64,000 nucleotides of DNA from Candidatus Cloacimonadota bacterium. GTDB lineage: Bacteria > Cloacimonadota > Cloacimonadia > G963667145. The translations under genes and the position numbers were made by a program. Shown here one piece after another: positions 12,001-20,000 of the stretch. The stretch spans positions 512,001 through 576,000 of the forward strand of contig OY762940.1 of NCBI GenBank assembly GCA_963667255.1, written 5' to 3'. The number at the start of each line of letters is the position of its first letter. Positions within the stretch are counted from its first letter, which is position 1. The notes beneath the pieces were generated by a model. The model was not told the DNA's origin, ran no database searches, and saw only the letters and a list, made by a program, of their open reading frames with translations.

Positions 12001-13049
12001 AAGTGTTTGTCACTAATAGCAAACCGATTGTCTATGAGAATACAGGAGGGAGCTTCACAAAGACTTATACCGACACAGGCTCTACAGTGTTGGGAGCAGA
12101 GCCTAATAGTGATTATGTAAGACCTACTACCACTTGTCCTTCAGGAGCTAAGATAATCATTACTATGCACTATCTGGAGAACTCTACATTCTGGACTCAT
12201 AGCGACAGCATGAATATAACCTTGGATGACAAAGCAATCAGAAATGTATCGGAGAGACACTATCCGACTTTGATGCAGGTATCTCTGGATATCGACGACG
12301 GATTCCTTATTCCGTTTATGGGCAAAGGGACTATGGCAGATCCTTACACGGTATTCAACTCGATTACACTCAAGTATGTAGGTCATAAGAAGTTTGTTGG
12401 AAAAGGACATTATTTCCGTCAAACAGCTAACATAGATATGAGCAAAACAGATAACTTCTGGCCAATCGGACTTAAAGATGCTAACAACAGTTTTAACAAA
12501 GAAGTAGACGGATTTGCAGGAGTGTATGATGGAGACGGCTATACGATATACGGCTTACACAACGCTATCGGTTCTCAGACACAAAGCTATTGTGGACTGT
12601 TCGAAAAGACTCAAGGTAGTGGATTAGCTGAAATACCAAGCGGAGACATAGACACTCTCAAGAACATAGTTTTGGATTCTGCGACTATTGTAGCTAAAAG
12701 TTGTGCAGGAGGTATTCTCGGTTGGGGTAAAGATAATGTCTCGGTCCACGATTGTAAAGTCAACAACTCATCCATCATTTCTACTTCAGGTATTGCAGGT
12801 GGTATAGTAGGTAAACTTGAAAAACCGAACACTATTGCGAACTGCTTGTCCGTCAACAACTCAGTCACAAGCACAACCTATGCAGGGGGTATACTTGGGT
12901 ATGGAGCTTCTGGCATAGTAAGCAAATGCGTTACAGCCGGTGGATACATCACAGGTGGCAATGCCACAACCAGAGGATATATCGCCGGAGAAGCAAGTGC
13001 CTCTTCTAGTGGTAATTACTATTGGGAAGGTGTGATAGTCAAACCATAG
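3..13049 (+). CDS. Giant surface protein, 5'-truncated (FN3-like repeats + GLUG-type Gly-rich C-terminal repeats); paralog of 14084..46840
   Basis: Frame is open from the window edge (tct aca ggc gtg...), so the GTG at 12 is probably internal. Its first residues (YKAALYNNSTGYSPFGDAVDTLGK) align with YKAALFNSATGYSPYSSVVDTIGK at ~33893 in the downstream giant. FN3-like modules (I.I.W...Y.Y.V) run to ~5190, followed by GGLVG/GLUG-type repeats. Confidence 0.9.
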   Translation, partial: STGVQGKKYIYKAALYNNSTGYSPFGDAVDTLGKEISAPTILDVSKGRYEDTIKITWSMVAGATRGYMVLRDSTGSDGSNDNSYDTLYQTEEKPLVSSETDTIYSDYTVYPAGKKIYYKIVSKGADKVSSRSSSDYGFLKYGGVKDLKVIGWSANPKTDTMKITWSIPSAIAWDSIYVSRLMDVDSANIYDTLAAHRIPQAELASYLTSATNGDYKNYTYVSTSTDLLIGQLYFYRVRVKSSGFLSTPSNIGIGYLNMPKVTGVTATKAIGDSIVISWTKISRAKNDSVDFYRVHRYDAIANETKTKEVSGGKSQLTDYAISEKSPYSSTEKGKNYSYFVVGVKNISQDTVVGSVSRKFVTTLTGANSDTAVGYSNPDTATIVSVSKGTVADSITIKYLSPNYVDKVELYRRGSGEISWGSSAYSTLVAGKVVEEGEKNDRSIEYGRIYYYKIVSTKGDYSNTSLIDSGWSLLKSPDSIKILYNGVYSDKIRLQVFSSNSDAYVDSLVIIKYAATSGQRDTVKIAKTSMNSNSYVVVDSHNINQGVFYQYRVAFSNSLGVSAYTKAASSKAFAKMSAPTWVSISRNEYVDSIKLVWNKINSAYKGYRVYRDSVLGSNGATITNYAKIFANSEVANCSGDTAYADNYTYSPGQSIYYTIQAVGYDTVSERSESNYGTCKYEGVKDLQFIGPKLDSIYFKWTVATTVAGPTFTFYKYDSIGRTDSITNTYKTNISSYGSNGNYHISETPASSSLLIGNLYFYRCVVTSSGAVSNPSNVAFGYLSMPKISGLDASEGGEYLTQGVFTNYKDSIKITWKRVSHVVNDSVSYYIITRYTDTSKIARQYKLGNGKDTSFTDIVGTSFFDEQTEKGQTYRYTVQAAYTISEDTTKESGYSPFITDLLSPAGDTVVGYTYPDSVKMVSASQGTYVDSIKISYTSGLYADSIVLQRMGSNNLWSRVGLLNTMVSRNTAASFMDKSDALVAGKTYSYRAKVHLKNLVRISDTIVGYSKIGPPKNVRFVRKSQYAYTEGKEDTLGINVMWSPESDGDGYVVYFDTASTVRANGYVDSLKLDGTYDTTCFWQPREFRNSHDSILKYYFAVKTYMKQNDGTRKYSDFSDQASGAVVSQSVMGLEAVYNSTVGIKKISVAWDSLPLRYKTSEVQRYCIYQAKNSKLEINFKLVASQETQDARSINIDTSKTPVGSIYFYKVRVQYNNAKDSSVYSPMTSGVYPPLGILNLEASKDSSSQYLWFNVIPGITSYKIYRASDTIPIEQNPVATLDSSSAIALATNGRAKWTDNSVQKGKIYYYAVVISKNINVDGDSSYALNTKEGFDVSSAVYGYVNCDFKTIDFDFCKDGISIFWPNNTQNFPVGVSPEAYNLKRKGANETSYGQKEVTNYIVKTRIGSTMDSLYMVQDSGAKFFTALLSGSKYDYQLIATKKSKIPGNVMTLKSPIMRMSYDYNWKYDSTSTNANYKGTQGSYDDRVELRFNKFKPFRPVGDYDSTGITPDTASYYKITRYKGGEAIYNGILDTLYVCDFAPEVDGTTGDTIYVLTDKKIGSRFGTNLSEGVSYYYAVQAVLDYSGESVFRSGIVDGIASKCFLKLKSVTLKSVSSYVVDSIIVGAKVIWDPGDQKGDKYIIGRDTSSNFSSGSEMVVQNTAICQDTLPNGEIVKGDTMFIDYNIAKNNSESKESPFGILRMGMTYFYRVAKEMNGSVCSDWSAPISYTYGKDAAGNYIISSWVDFNDLAEQYNSGLITGNISVILNNNISFTSTDSLIPLGNATHPFTGKFNGKGNTISIEHMKDNVDNVGVFGMVNGATIRNIKVINKAIVSPAKGGAKYVGGLIGQMDGITNVDSINIQVHGSLTASIGVGGLIGGGDGSLNAYYDTVVATADLVGGVYAGGLVGKAINPTEIGYCDVTATNITGSGGTETFVYAGGMVGQFNGKMVSSKVSGATSVSAVASGKTCYAGGLVGYEVVIGSRYNKSTVGTITSGVAAGSSSIPALAASAGYLIGYSKALLIDSVSMSTVMGVTADATGEACAGGLVGKFDNVSGSIKKVNLTLAGNITATSTTGDSYTGMMVGRVVKISSNSIGTASATSTLDGDGKAIKGVAPSGVAHIGGVVGGISSTSFKSLSVSNIVFNASAKRAYVGGVAGKEEEIGSVYDSIDVAPTVVFAENLAGADTLCVGGLAGSSRMTSLEKVHVKANMNLVTGFSGHSVTLGGLCGEVNYTALELKNIDLSLSTFKAQVGKNSKIGSVAGEANIGKTTIDENTIKDINFSGFKVGEGSYVGGLYGIVSVVASAVLDYKSSITMVIEATRASEKSYIGGLFGKYSSPVPSTVIDTFSDISITLTGGGATVGGLVGWGENAQLKECRVKTTISGVQKSGFILGGMVGKMTGTSSLRNSSVRKIVLTGADKAGALVGEMSVDAAEGLKYSFSYDISTNDVDTLGLMIGEMSSGQINACYTIGCTAARADSTIGNFVGMMRGGTIYNSYSAKANQEKIYGKYTAGDVSGAIIAENEILMGEKILGKTEWALDSTFSYPYLVDNKFEVPVSEMCNSLKMEINSQGYYQITKPIQLDAIGDVRLTTGTDYTKVSSMSDGLNLNNKYIISKDLDFTGYTGYTPLGYYDKSIAFTGEINGNYKKIKGIEVSTGLSSARGIFSYIDGGSVSKVRVVNAKVTGSKNSGVICGVLKSGTISQVVVDSSTVENTAGSGAVLVGSITGGSVRDVLTRYNSLTSLTDAGVVAGGMTGGSVAMVFSSVDSIVAQTGNVGGLAGTVSTGAKIDSCVSVATWLGGSSIYKVAKKDGGTLSANYTTAETRLVTTTDTSWIIGVDSAGTHGSNVFFRGFTTFFEENYHGFNTAPWKFEVGDRNCPYLLNFDNVTTLQMAENDLEGAAKIGNNVMEIGRLAALALVQGYINQVDTFRLTANLTFGSNDDYSSNSGNFDPIPTLDNKIFDGAGHYIKNMSINATESQGGFITRLDNSTVKNLALVNCTVTGGSSTLSIGGIAGIIISGTIEDVYVGSSTVDGSRGAIYVGGIVGRLNSSATIQYSIALDNVIKSKDAAGGVAGSVANTGILKYCVSSMDSVVTPNKNSRRIGTNQSSDMSNNYAWNGNTINSSQDVGPTGLEGSSFAFSSICKSSFYNSLTARPAWIWDWTSAASDTWCCMPRLNYMSATECSPKVVRFADNSDGSLSTPFKIEKVQQLDAIHLFATKGKYFKLMKNLNFDTEGFDCDDTTGNSNWIPIETFVGDIAGNGYSISGMDIVSTDDAGFIVKTLAGSNTTIRDLSFYDCNVTTTGSSKNAAVVICQYENSQNSTLKNILVKGCKVVATNYAAPVVAYNNGPIKNNYLFSFNNKVISSGTYAGGVVGYASTLGLTNSVAINDTLKAVTTIGRIYGASSNGTKANNYGFRRTYYKVGTANPTQRLNSGIASDIDGTPTSMLAFNKGFYTEKLGLSYGEDWKWPSAEKAAHPVGLNVTPEIDSGIIDWAPYGITTDPRTFASGDGTKSAPFFVMTETDLKNMQYGVELFYKLGANITLSATPWTPIGIDSLPFQGSFDGQYHSISGMIQSATSTLGATGLFGRIKAKDQGCEIKNLAICNSTINGATYVGVLGGYDETEQIRKYKYSNILSHNNKVSGTNYVAGLIGKSDYGNLSRIFVAGGSVVASSGNAGGILASTNGSTIDSSVVIVDSIVSKTTTAGRIIGSSSGATINNCYGWYFTNVKSNNSLYDPMNSLLARDGKNAFLSDFVSTAWWINRGFDLTSGNVWKYGTDRLIKMKVGPAFVHMTSDTISTARVNLPVNSSGYKIVSEPYNLNVIRTYPSFNYTFLNGTTDTAVLDMSDTTKWYKDLNGSVAGNWTPIDTFSMEIEGGYGAIIGLRVPATSTKQGFIATLKGGKVRNLGIYKSTFTGNSSTTVQGALAGEITGSATLQNIFINGNTFNGATNASVGGVAGTVASGANINTIVATKNHIYAASKAGGVFGTNAATGITKVAGLGNKVFVTNSKPIVYENTGGSFTKTYTDTGSTVLGAEPNSDYVRPTTTCPSGAKIIITMHYLENSTFWTHSDSMNITLDDKAIRNVSERHYPTLMQVSLDIDDGFLIPFMGKGTMADPYTVFNSITLKYVGHKKFVGKGHYFRQTANIDMSKTDNFWPIGLKDANNSFNKEVDGFAGVYDGDGYTIYGLHNAIGSQTQSYCGLFEKTQGSGLAEIPSGDIDTLKNIVLDSATIVAKSCAGGILGWGKDNVSVHDCKVNNSSIISTSGIAGGIVGKLEKPNTIANCLSVNNSVTSTTYAGGILGYGASGIVSKCVTAGGYITGGNATTRGYIAGEASASSSGNYYWEGVIVKP

Positions 13050-13087
13050 ACAGAAAAAGTAAGATTCTGCATTAAACTTATAAAATT

Positions 13088-13119
13088 GCGGCTCAAGTGA
13101 AAATTTGAGTCGCTTTTTT
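13088..13119 (+). terminator. Rho-independent terminator of the first giant gene
   Basis: GCGGCTCAA-gtgaaaat-TTGAGTCGC stem (one G-U pair) followed by T6, ~40 nt after the stop codon. Confidence 0.8.
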
Positions 13120-13208
13120 ATCTTGTGGAAAATATACCGAAAGAAGTCATATGTTGCTAATCAAGCAATTGTTTATTTTTTGTGTGGGAGTTCCCAATCC
13201 TCTCCCGA

Positions 13209-13614
13209 CTGGATACCCGCATTTCATCCACATCCCCGCATTTTCCTCTCATCCTCGCACCTCACCCACATCCCCGCGAAAGCGGGAATCCACAGGGCAG
13301 GGTTGGTCAGGGACATACAGATGGAGAGTGGACTGGGACATTGTTCTCGCTCCCAAGCTCCAGTTTGTGCTTCTTGCTGTTCTTTGTTTTCTTGCTTGTT
13401 CTCTCCCCTCATACTCACGGAAGTGGGTATCCATTCTCCTTTTCGTTACTCGCTCTCAATCTCCAGCCAAACACAGTTTCATTATGCTTGATAGACTTAG
13501 GAACGAGATTGTTTTTCCCATTATTAACAGAGGCTCAAGCAACTGCACAATAGGGGTTGGATGGAGACATCAGCACTTGCCTCCTTTCTCGTTCCCGCGG
13601 AAGCGGAAATCCAG
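13209..13614. repeat. Cluster of REP-like short palindromes
   Basis: CATCCCCGCGAAAGCGGGAATCCA (13269-13292), CATACTCACGGAAGTGGGTATCCA (13410-13433), CGTTCCCGCGGAAGCGGAAATCCAG (13590-13614), an inverted half copy at 13209-13220, and a second-family element TTGTTCTCGCTCCCAAGCTCCAGTTTG (13341-13367). Confidence 0.75.
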
Positions 13615-13803
13615 TTAGGTTGGGGAGGGAAAAACCCACAAAATCGTAAATACCCCCATCAATATAAAAATCAAATAGATAAAAAAATATGTAAAAAAAT
13701 AGCGATTTTTACAAAAATTTGTATCTTATTGAAACATCAAGAGTAATAAATTTTCAAAATTGTAACAAAATAATTTTTTTCAGTATGATAACTTTAGGCA
13801 AAT

Positions 13804-13956
13804 AGTTTATAACTCCCTAAATAGTGTTATCTTCCTGGTGTATAGTCGTTTATAACTCGTGGATAAACTGTGAAAAAAATCTTTTGCTTTTTGCGTATCT
13901 TATTGATGTTTATAGTGTTGTTGGATTTGCTCAAAAAAGGACAAAATTTATTGACA
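13804..13956. promoter_or_regulatory. Cluster of DnaA-box-like 9-mers next to an AT-rich tract
   Basis: Reverse-strand 9-mers compared with TTWTNCACA: 13869-13877 TTTTTCACA (0 mismatches), 13858-13866 TTATCCACG (1), 13847-13855 TTATAAACG (2), 13837-13845 CTATACACC (2), 13804-13812 TTATAAACT (2), 13907-13915 CTATAAACA (2). Forward strand: TTATTGACA 13948-13956 (1), which also contains a perfect -35 TTGACA. Confidence 0.45.
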
Positions 13957-14070
13957 AACTCCGTTACTGTTAACAATTTACTATTAATGGGCGTGTAGTA
14001 TGTACGCATCAGAAATTGGAAAAAAATATAGGTGCAAAATCAATTGGTTGTAGTAGCCCGAGAGGGAATT

Positions 14071-14075
14071 AGGAG
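14071..14075 (+). promoter_or_regulatory. Shine-Dalgarno site of the 10,918-aa gene
   Basis: AGGAG 8 nt upstream of the GTG at 14084. Confidence 0.7.
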
Positions 14076-14083
14076 AATGTATA

Positions 14084-17000
14084 GTGTCTAACACAAAAGG
14101 CAGAAATTACGGCAGATACCTCAAGATATTTATAGGGCTACTGTTGTTTTCGTTGTTGAGTTGTAACGATATGATCGTAAACAATGACGAGATTCCTGTT
14201 CCTACTAATGTGCAAGCCAGCTCTACCTATACAGACAGGATAAGGGTTACTTGGACATGTTCCGATGCAACCAATTTCATTATTTACCGTGCCGAGAGTA
14301 GTAGCACCACGGCTACCAATTATACCAAGTTGGCAGAAGTTTCGGGGAACTCTTATGACGACAAGGAGAGCTCATTAGTCCCGGGGAAAATCTATTATTA
14401 CAAAGTTTCTTCCTACACATCTACAGTTTCTCAAAAATCCGATTTGACTGGTAGAGGAAGTATAAAAGTTGCTACTCTTGAGAGCCTGTCTGCTACTACC
14501 GACCAAGAATATAAGATAGTGTTGTCATGGACGCTTCCTTCTACGCTTAAAAGTTCTTTGATAGAAGGATATGTAACTATTTACTATTCAAGCAATCCCA
14601 GCACAGTAATGGCAGACCTTTCAGACTCTATTTCCCTGAGTAATTTGGCAGGAAGTTACAATTTAACCAATGTTACCATAGGTCAGACATATTATATCAA
14701 GACAAAAGTTTCCGTGAAAGGAACTGGTGAAAGTGATTTGAATTTAAAACATTCGGATGTCAGCTCTGTGGTTACGGGAAAAACCGCTCTGACTTCTCCG
14801 AAGAATGTTATCGCCAGTAAGGGAACTTATTCCGGTGGTATTCGTATTACTTGGGACAAAGTTGTGGGTGCAACTGCTTATTTAGTTTTAAGGGGAGAAG
14901 TCAATAGTTCTCAGCTCACTTATGGGACTACAGTTGGCACATTTTATAGTGGGGTTACTACATATACCGACAGAAATTATGTGGACACAACTATCACGAT
15001 GGGGCAGAGTTATCGCTATGCAGTTAAGACAATAGTTACCGAAAACAACAATACTGTTACTAAGGCGTTGAACTCGGGAATAAATGATAAGGACACTGCT
15101 GGAGTATATCTTAACTTGGGATATGCCAATTATTCTAAGCTTACGAATCAAGGCATTTCCACTGATAGTATTGGTAAGGTTGTTGTAAGTTATAAAGCTG
15201 CAACTACTTCGTTTGACAGTGTTTTCGTCCAATTGTATCGTCGCAATTATTCCAGTTCTGCTACCTTGTCACCATTGGGTTCTCCGGTTGCTATCTCCAG
15301 TGCTGTGTTTACTATGACAGACATTTCGGCTGTCCCGGGACAAAAATACTATTATTCTGCTAAAATATATAGATTGTCAGGCACCAACAAGATGGGCGAA
15401 TCTGCATATGCCGATGAAGTGGTGGGCTATAGCCGCTTGGAATCTCCGCAAAATTTGACTGCTACAGATGGTAGTAGTAGTGCGAATGTTATTGCCAGTT
15501 GGAATAAAGTAAAGGGAGCAATAACATATTACGCTTATATTGGAACAGACAGCACTTCCATGAGTTGCATGGGAACTACGCAAGACACCTTCTATGCTTT
15601 CACTCGGGCGTTCTATGAGACGGGCAAGATTTATTATTTCAAAGTCAGAGCATACAACAATGTTTATTCGGATTTTTCCAATATTGATACCGGCTGGATA
15701 AGGATAGCTGCCCCGAGCAGTTTGAGAGTTTCTGAAAGGTTGCAAACTACTCTCGGTTTGGAATGGGCTAGTGTAAGAAATGCAATATCTTATGTGATAA
15801 CACGAAAGAATAACACTTCAAACTCTGCATATGTGAAAGTGGATACGATAAGTTCAACATCTACTTCTTATACGGATACAGGATTGGTTTCAGGTGCATC
15901 CTACACCTATAAGCTTTATACTATTAGTAATCGCTATTTAACTGCTTCGAGTTCTTATCAGATGTCCGAGGCTTCTGACACATTAACAACAAGAACGCTG
16001 CTTGTTGCTCCTACTTTGGATTCCGTTTCCAGAGATTTGACCGACAAGATTATTGTTTATTGGACAAGCAATAGTGCTAGCAGTTTGACGGGACTGAAGT
16101 ATAGGATTTACAGAAAAAATGATAGAGGCGGGTATGATAATATAGGAGAATCTTCAACTACAACTTTTGAGGTTCCAATCGATTCTATTGTTCTCGGCAA
16201 GGTATACACTTTTGGAGTTAGTGCTGTGTATGATGTAGAGTCTGAACTGAGCCTAACCAAGACCGGATATAGCAAATTGGATGCTGCCAACAGTCTATCG
16301 GCTACTCAGGGACTACTTGCTGACACGGTTCGCTTGACTTGGCATACTGCTCTCAAAAGTGGTGCAGAGCAGTTCAAAATAGTGAGGACAAAATCTGGCG
16401 AGAATGATTATTTGCAGGTCGGCTCGCTGACAGATTTGACCACTGCCACGGTAACTTCTACTTATCGAGGGTATACTTATAATGATGTTTCCAATTTAGA
16501 AGGTGGTCAGAATTATGACTACAAAGTGGAATCTTATCGCTCGGATTATACACTTCAGTCGGGAGTTAGTAAGATATACAGTAATGTTGCCACCGGAAGA
16601 ATTAAGATATTGCCTCCTGAGATATATAAAGTCGATTGTGGCGTATCAAGCGGGAAGATTACTATTATTTTCAACAAGTTAGCTTCAGCTTCCTCATATC
16701 GTTGTTATTACTCCAAAGATGGAAGTTTTTCCGATAGCACTTATGTTTCAATAGCCACAGGTGCTGTTACCACTTATGCTGAGAACAAACTCAAGTATGA
16801 AATGGCTATTAGCACTCTCGGGTTGAAAGACGGACAATTGTGCTATTTCAAGATGGCTGCGGTAGTCTCAAATGAGGTTTCGGCTCTATCTGACATGAAG
16901 CCTGGATTTTCTCTTCCGGTCAAACCGGTTATTTGTTCTCAAGGCACTAAGGGGACTCAGGACTACATCCATTTTGCATGGAACAAGGTGAGCAATCCGG

Positions 17001-20000
17001 ACAATATCAGATACGAAATCCTTAGAACAAGAAATTCCGACTATTCCACTACCATTATTATGACCACGGATAGTTTTTACAAAGATACCTCTGTGGTGCC
17101 CGGGTTCAAATATTTTTACAAATGTAGGGCAGTTGACCAAACAGCTTTGAATGCCTGCAACACTGCTTATTCCTCAGCTTTTGACAGTATGTTGGTCAAA
17201 TCGTTGTATTCCGATACGACCTCCGGTTATGTCAAGGTGGGCAAAGTTAAAGACTTGTCAGCCAGTAATAATAAACAAGATTCGGTGGAGTTGACTTGGA
17301 CATCTCTTGCAAAGGGCGTTAGTTATGATGTCGTGAGAAGACCTGTTAATAGCACTACTTGGAGCACGATTATTAGCAGTTTGGATACGGGCTGGTGTAT
17401 TGATAGCAAAACTTATAACAATGTGCAGGGATATTCATATTATTATAAAATAAAATCTTATACTAACGACTACCCGAATATTTACACTTTATCGGATAGT
17501 GTCCAAGGGCATATGGCACCTTCGCCTCCGCAAAATGTTGTTGCCAGCAAAGGAGAATATGCGGACACGATAAAAGTTAGTTGGGATACTTTGCCCATGG
17601 TTAGTAGTTATTCGGTATTGAGAATAGATGGCAATGGGACATTAATGCCAATTTCCCCAAATGTAACTTCCAGTGGGTCGAGAGTCTATTTTTATGATAT
17701 TAATCTAACCAAAGGCTTGGGCTATTTATATTTAGTTAGGGCAAATTTGGATTACAGCATGGGACAGACCGTATATAGCGACACATCCATCGCTTCCCTA
17801 AAAACTTCTGCAACCGGATATACAAAATTGCCCAAAGTGGGAAGCATTACAGCGACTCAAGGGACTTATCGAGACAGCATCAGAATTTCGTGGAGCAAAG
17901 TAGGCGTCGCTACCTCTTACAGTCTTTTCCGCTATTATCAAGGGACACTAAAAAACGAATACACTGTAACTGACACGGTTTATTTGAACAAGCGGTCTGC
18001 AGACTTAAATGACGGGCAGATTTATAGTTATGTGGTTTTTGCCAAAAAAGGAACTATAGAGTCGGTTAGTTCCAGTGACACAGCTAAAGGCTATTTGCAA
18101 CTTTGTGGACCGAAGAATGTAGAAGCAACTCAAGGTCTTAAGGACACTATTGTTATCTCTTGGGATACTCTCACGGCCACTACCATAGATTCTTATTATA
18201 TTTATCTTTCAACTAATTTGAATGTTGCTTTGGGTGGAGTGAAGTCTCCCGCTAAGAGATATGCTTATCCCGTGCCATCTGCTGATAAGGGAGCAACAAT
18301 AGGCTTCGTTGTGAAGGGGAAGAGTTCATCGTTTGGGCTGAGTGCAACGAGCGATGTGGCGAGTGGATATTGCTTGGTGGACACCCTAACCAATTTCAAG
18401 GCAGTAGGAGCGGATACAGCTTCTGCTAATCCTAAAGTAGTGCTTAGTTGGACATCTCCTGCCAGTGCGGATTCCATAAGGATACAGGTAAAGACGGGAG
18501 CCACTTGGGACGCTTTGGCGGTCTTGCCAAAAGACACGACTTCGTTTACCGATACAGGCAGAATAGTAGGAAGGAGTATCCAATACAGAGCTCAAGGAAT
18601 AAGGACTGTGAGCGGAGTTGAGCGAAATTCCGGATTTGTCTATACCAACATCTCTTTGCATATCCCGACCATAGCTTTTGATACCATCACCAAGGGCGAC
18701 TATCTATCATATGTATATTTGACTTGGCCTTGTTTGCCGAGCAAAGATGAGGCGAACTTCCAAATTTTTGTTTATGAAACTGAAGAGAAATACAATTCGG
18801 GAACTGTTTTTGACACACTGACAGTTGTGGAGTCAGGCAAAAGCTCATATGCGTTTAAACACAGTGCAAATACAGCTAAAAACGGCTTTGTCAAAGGGAC
18901 GAAGTATTTCTATAGGATTCGCACGAATACTATCACCGATGGGACATGGTCGGCATTAACACCTATGAACCCTACTCCAAGCGTTTATTACGGCTGGTCT
19001 AAGACTCCCGCACCGATACTGGATAGTGTTACTACAAACCTTGTCGGTTCTATAAAGATTTACTGGAGATATGGAAGTGGTGCTAGCAGTGGTCAGGTAA
19101 GGACAGTAGGTTTTGGTATCACAAAAATAGCAGATGTTAGTGGCACTTATTTGGAGAGGAATACAGAGATTTTTAGTGGACAGTATTATACTATTTCTGT
19201 CAGAGCAATTAACCCGGCGATAAGAGATACTTCCGACTGGAGCAATTCTCTCATCGGATTGGCACAAGTTGGACCGCCTTCTGTTTTTTCCGCTTCTGAC
19301 GGAACTAAAAATGATACAGTGCAACTCTCATGGGGCATATCTGGGACTACACCTAACTATGGAGCGGAAAAATATGTAATTGAGAGAGGGTTGGACACCA
19401 GTAATTTTAATGTGCTTCAAACTGTAGAAGATAATTCGTGGAATATAGGTGAGCAGGCTAGAACTCTCACATATAATGATGTGTTGACCAATTCTGAAAT
19501 AGGGAAGATGTATTATTACCGTATCTATGCCAAAGGGGGAGTGGGTAACACTTCTGCTCCGAGCAAGATAGACTCCGGTTGGGCAAAGATACCCGCTCCG
19601 GAAATCACAGGCTACACTGGTTACAATGGCTCGTTGCCTCTGGAGACGGACTCCATTAGAGTGACTTGGAGCGACCCTTGTTCTTTGGCGACAGCTTCGA
19701 CTGTTTATAATATTGTTGTTACGATGAACGGGAACACAACCAATCATATAAGAAATTGGAATTCAAAAAGTTTCAGTCTTAATATTGCTCAGGCTGATAG
19801 ATATCAAGGAATCAATGTAAAAATTTATTCTGCGAGAAATACCTTCGGAAATTCCTTGGAAACAGCCAGTTTGCTGACCTACACCATATTGCCGGTAGTT
19901 GCTAAGGGCGATATTATAAAGAGCCTGACTGCAACTGACAAGGGAGTTTCCCTCAGTTACAAAGGAACTAATGCCTGGGTTGACTCTATTATCTTCTTGA

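Noticed and set aside
13209..13614. CRISPR array interpretation of the palindromic repeats
   Set aside because: Copies are degenerate and irregularly spaced (141 and 180 bp), and there are no cas genes.
13105..13746. ORFs of 61-155 aa in the spacer, and the 55151..55384 ORF extension
   Set aside because: They are translations of terminator and REP palindromes (PRKRES/PAKAGI-type peptides), not credible genes.
14046..14066. GGTTGTAG resembling an RfaH ops element, plus a small CCC-GAGA-GGG hairpin before the RBS of the 33-kb gene
   Set aside because: Only 6/8 match to GGCGGTAG, no downstream TG, no NusG paralog in the window, and a 3-bp stem is too weak to call.
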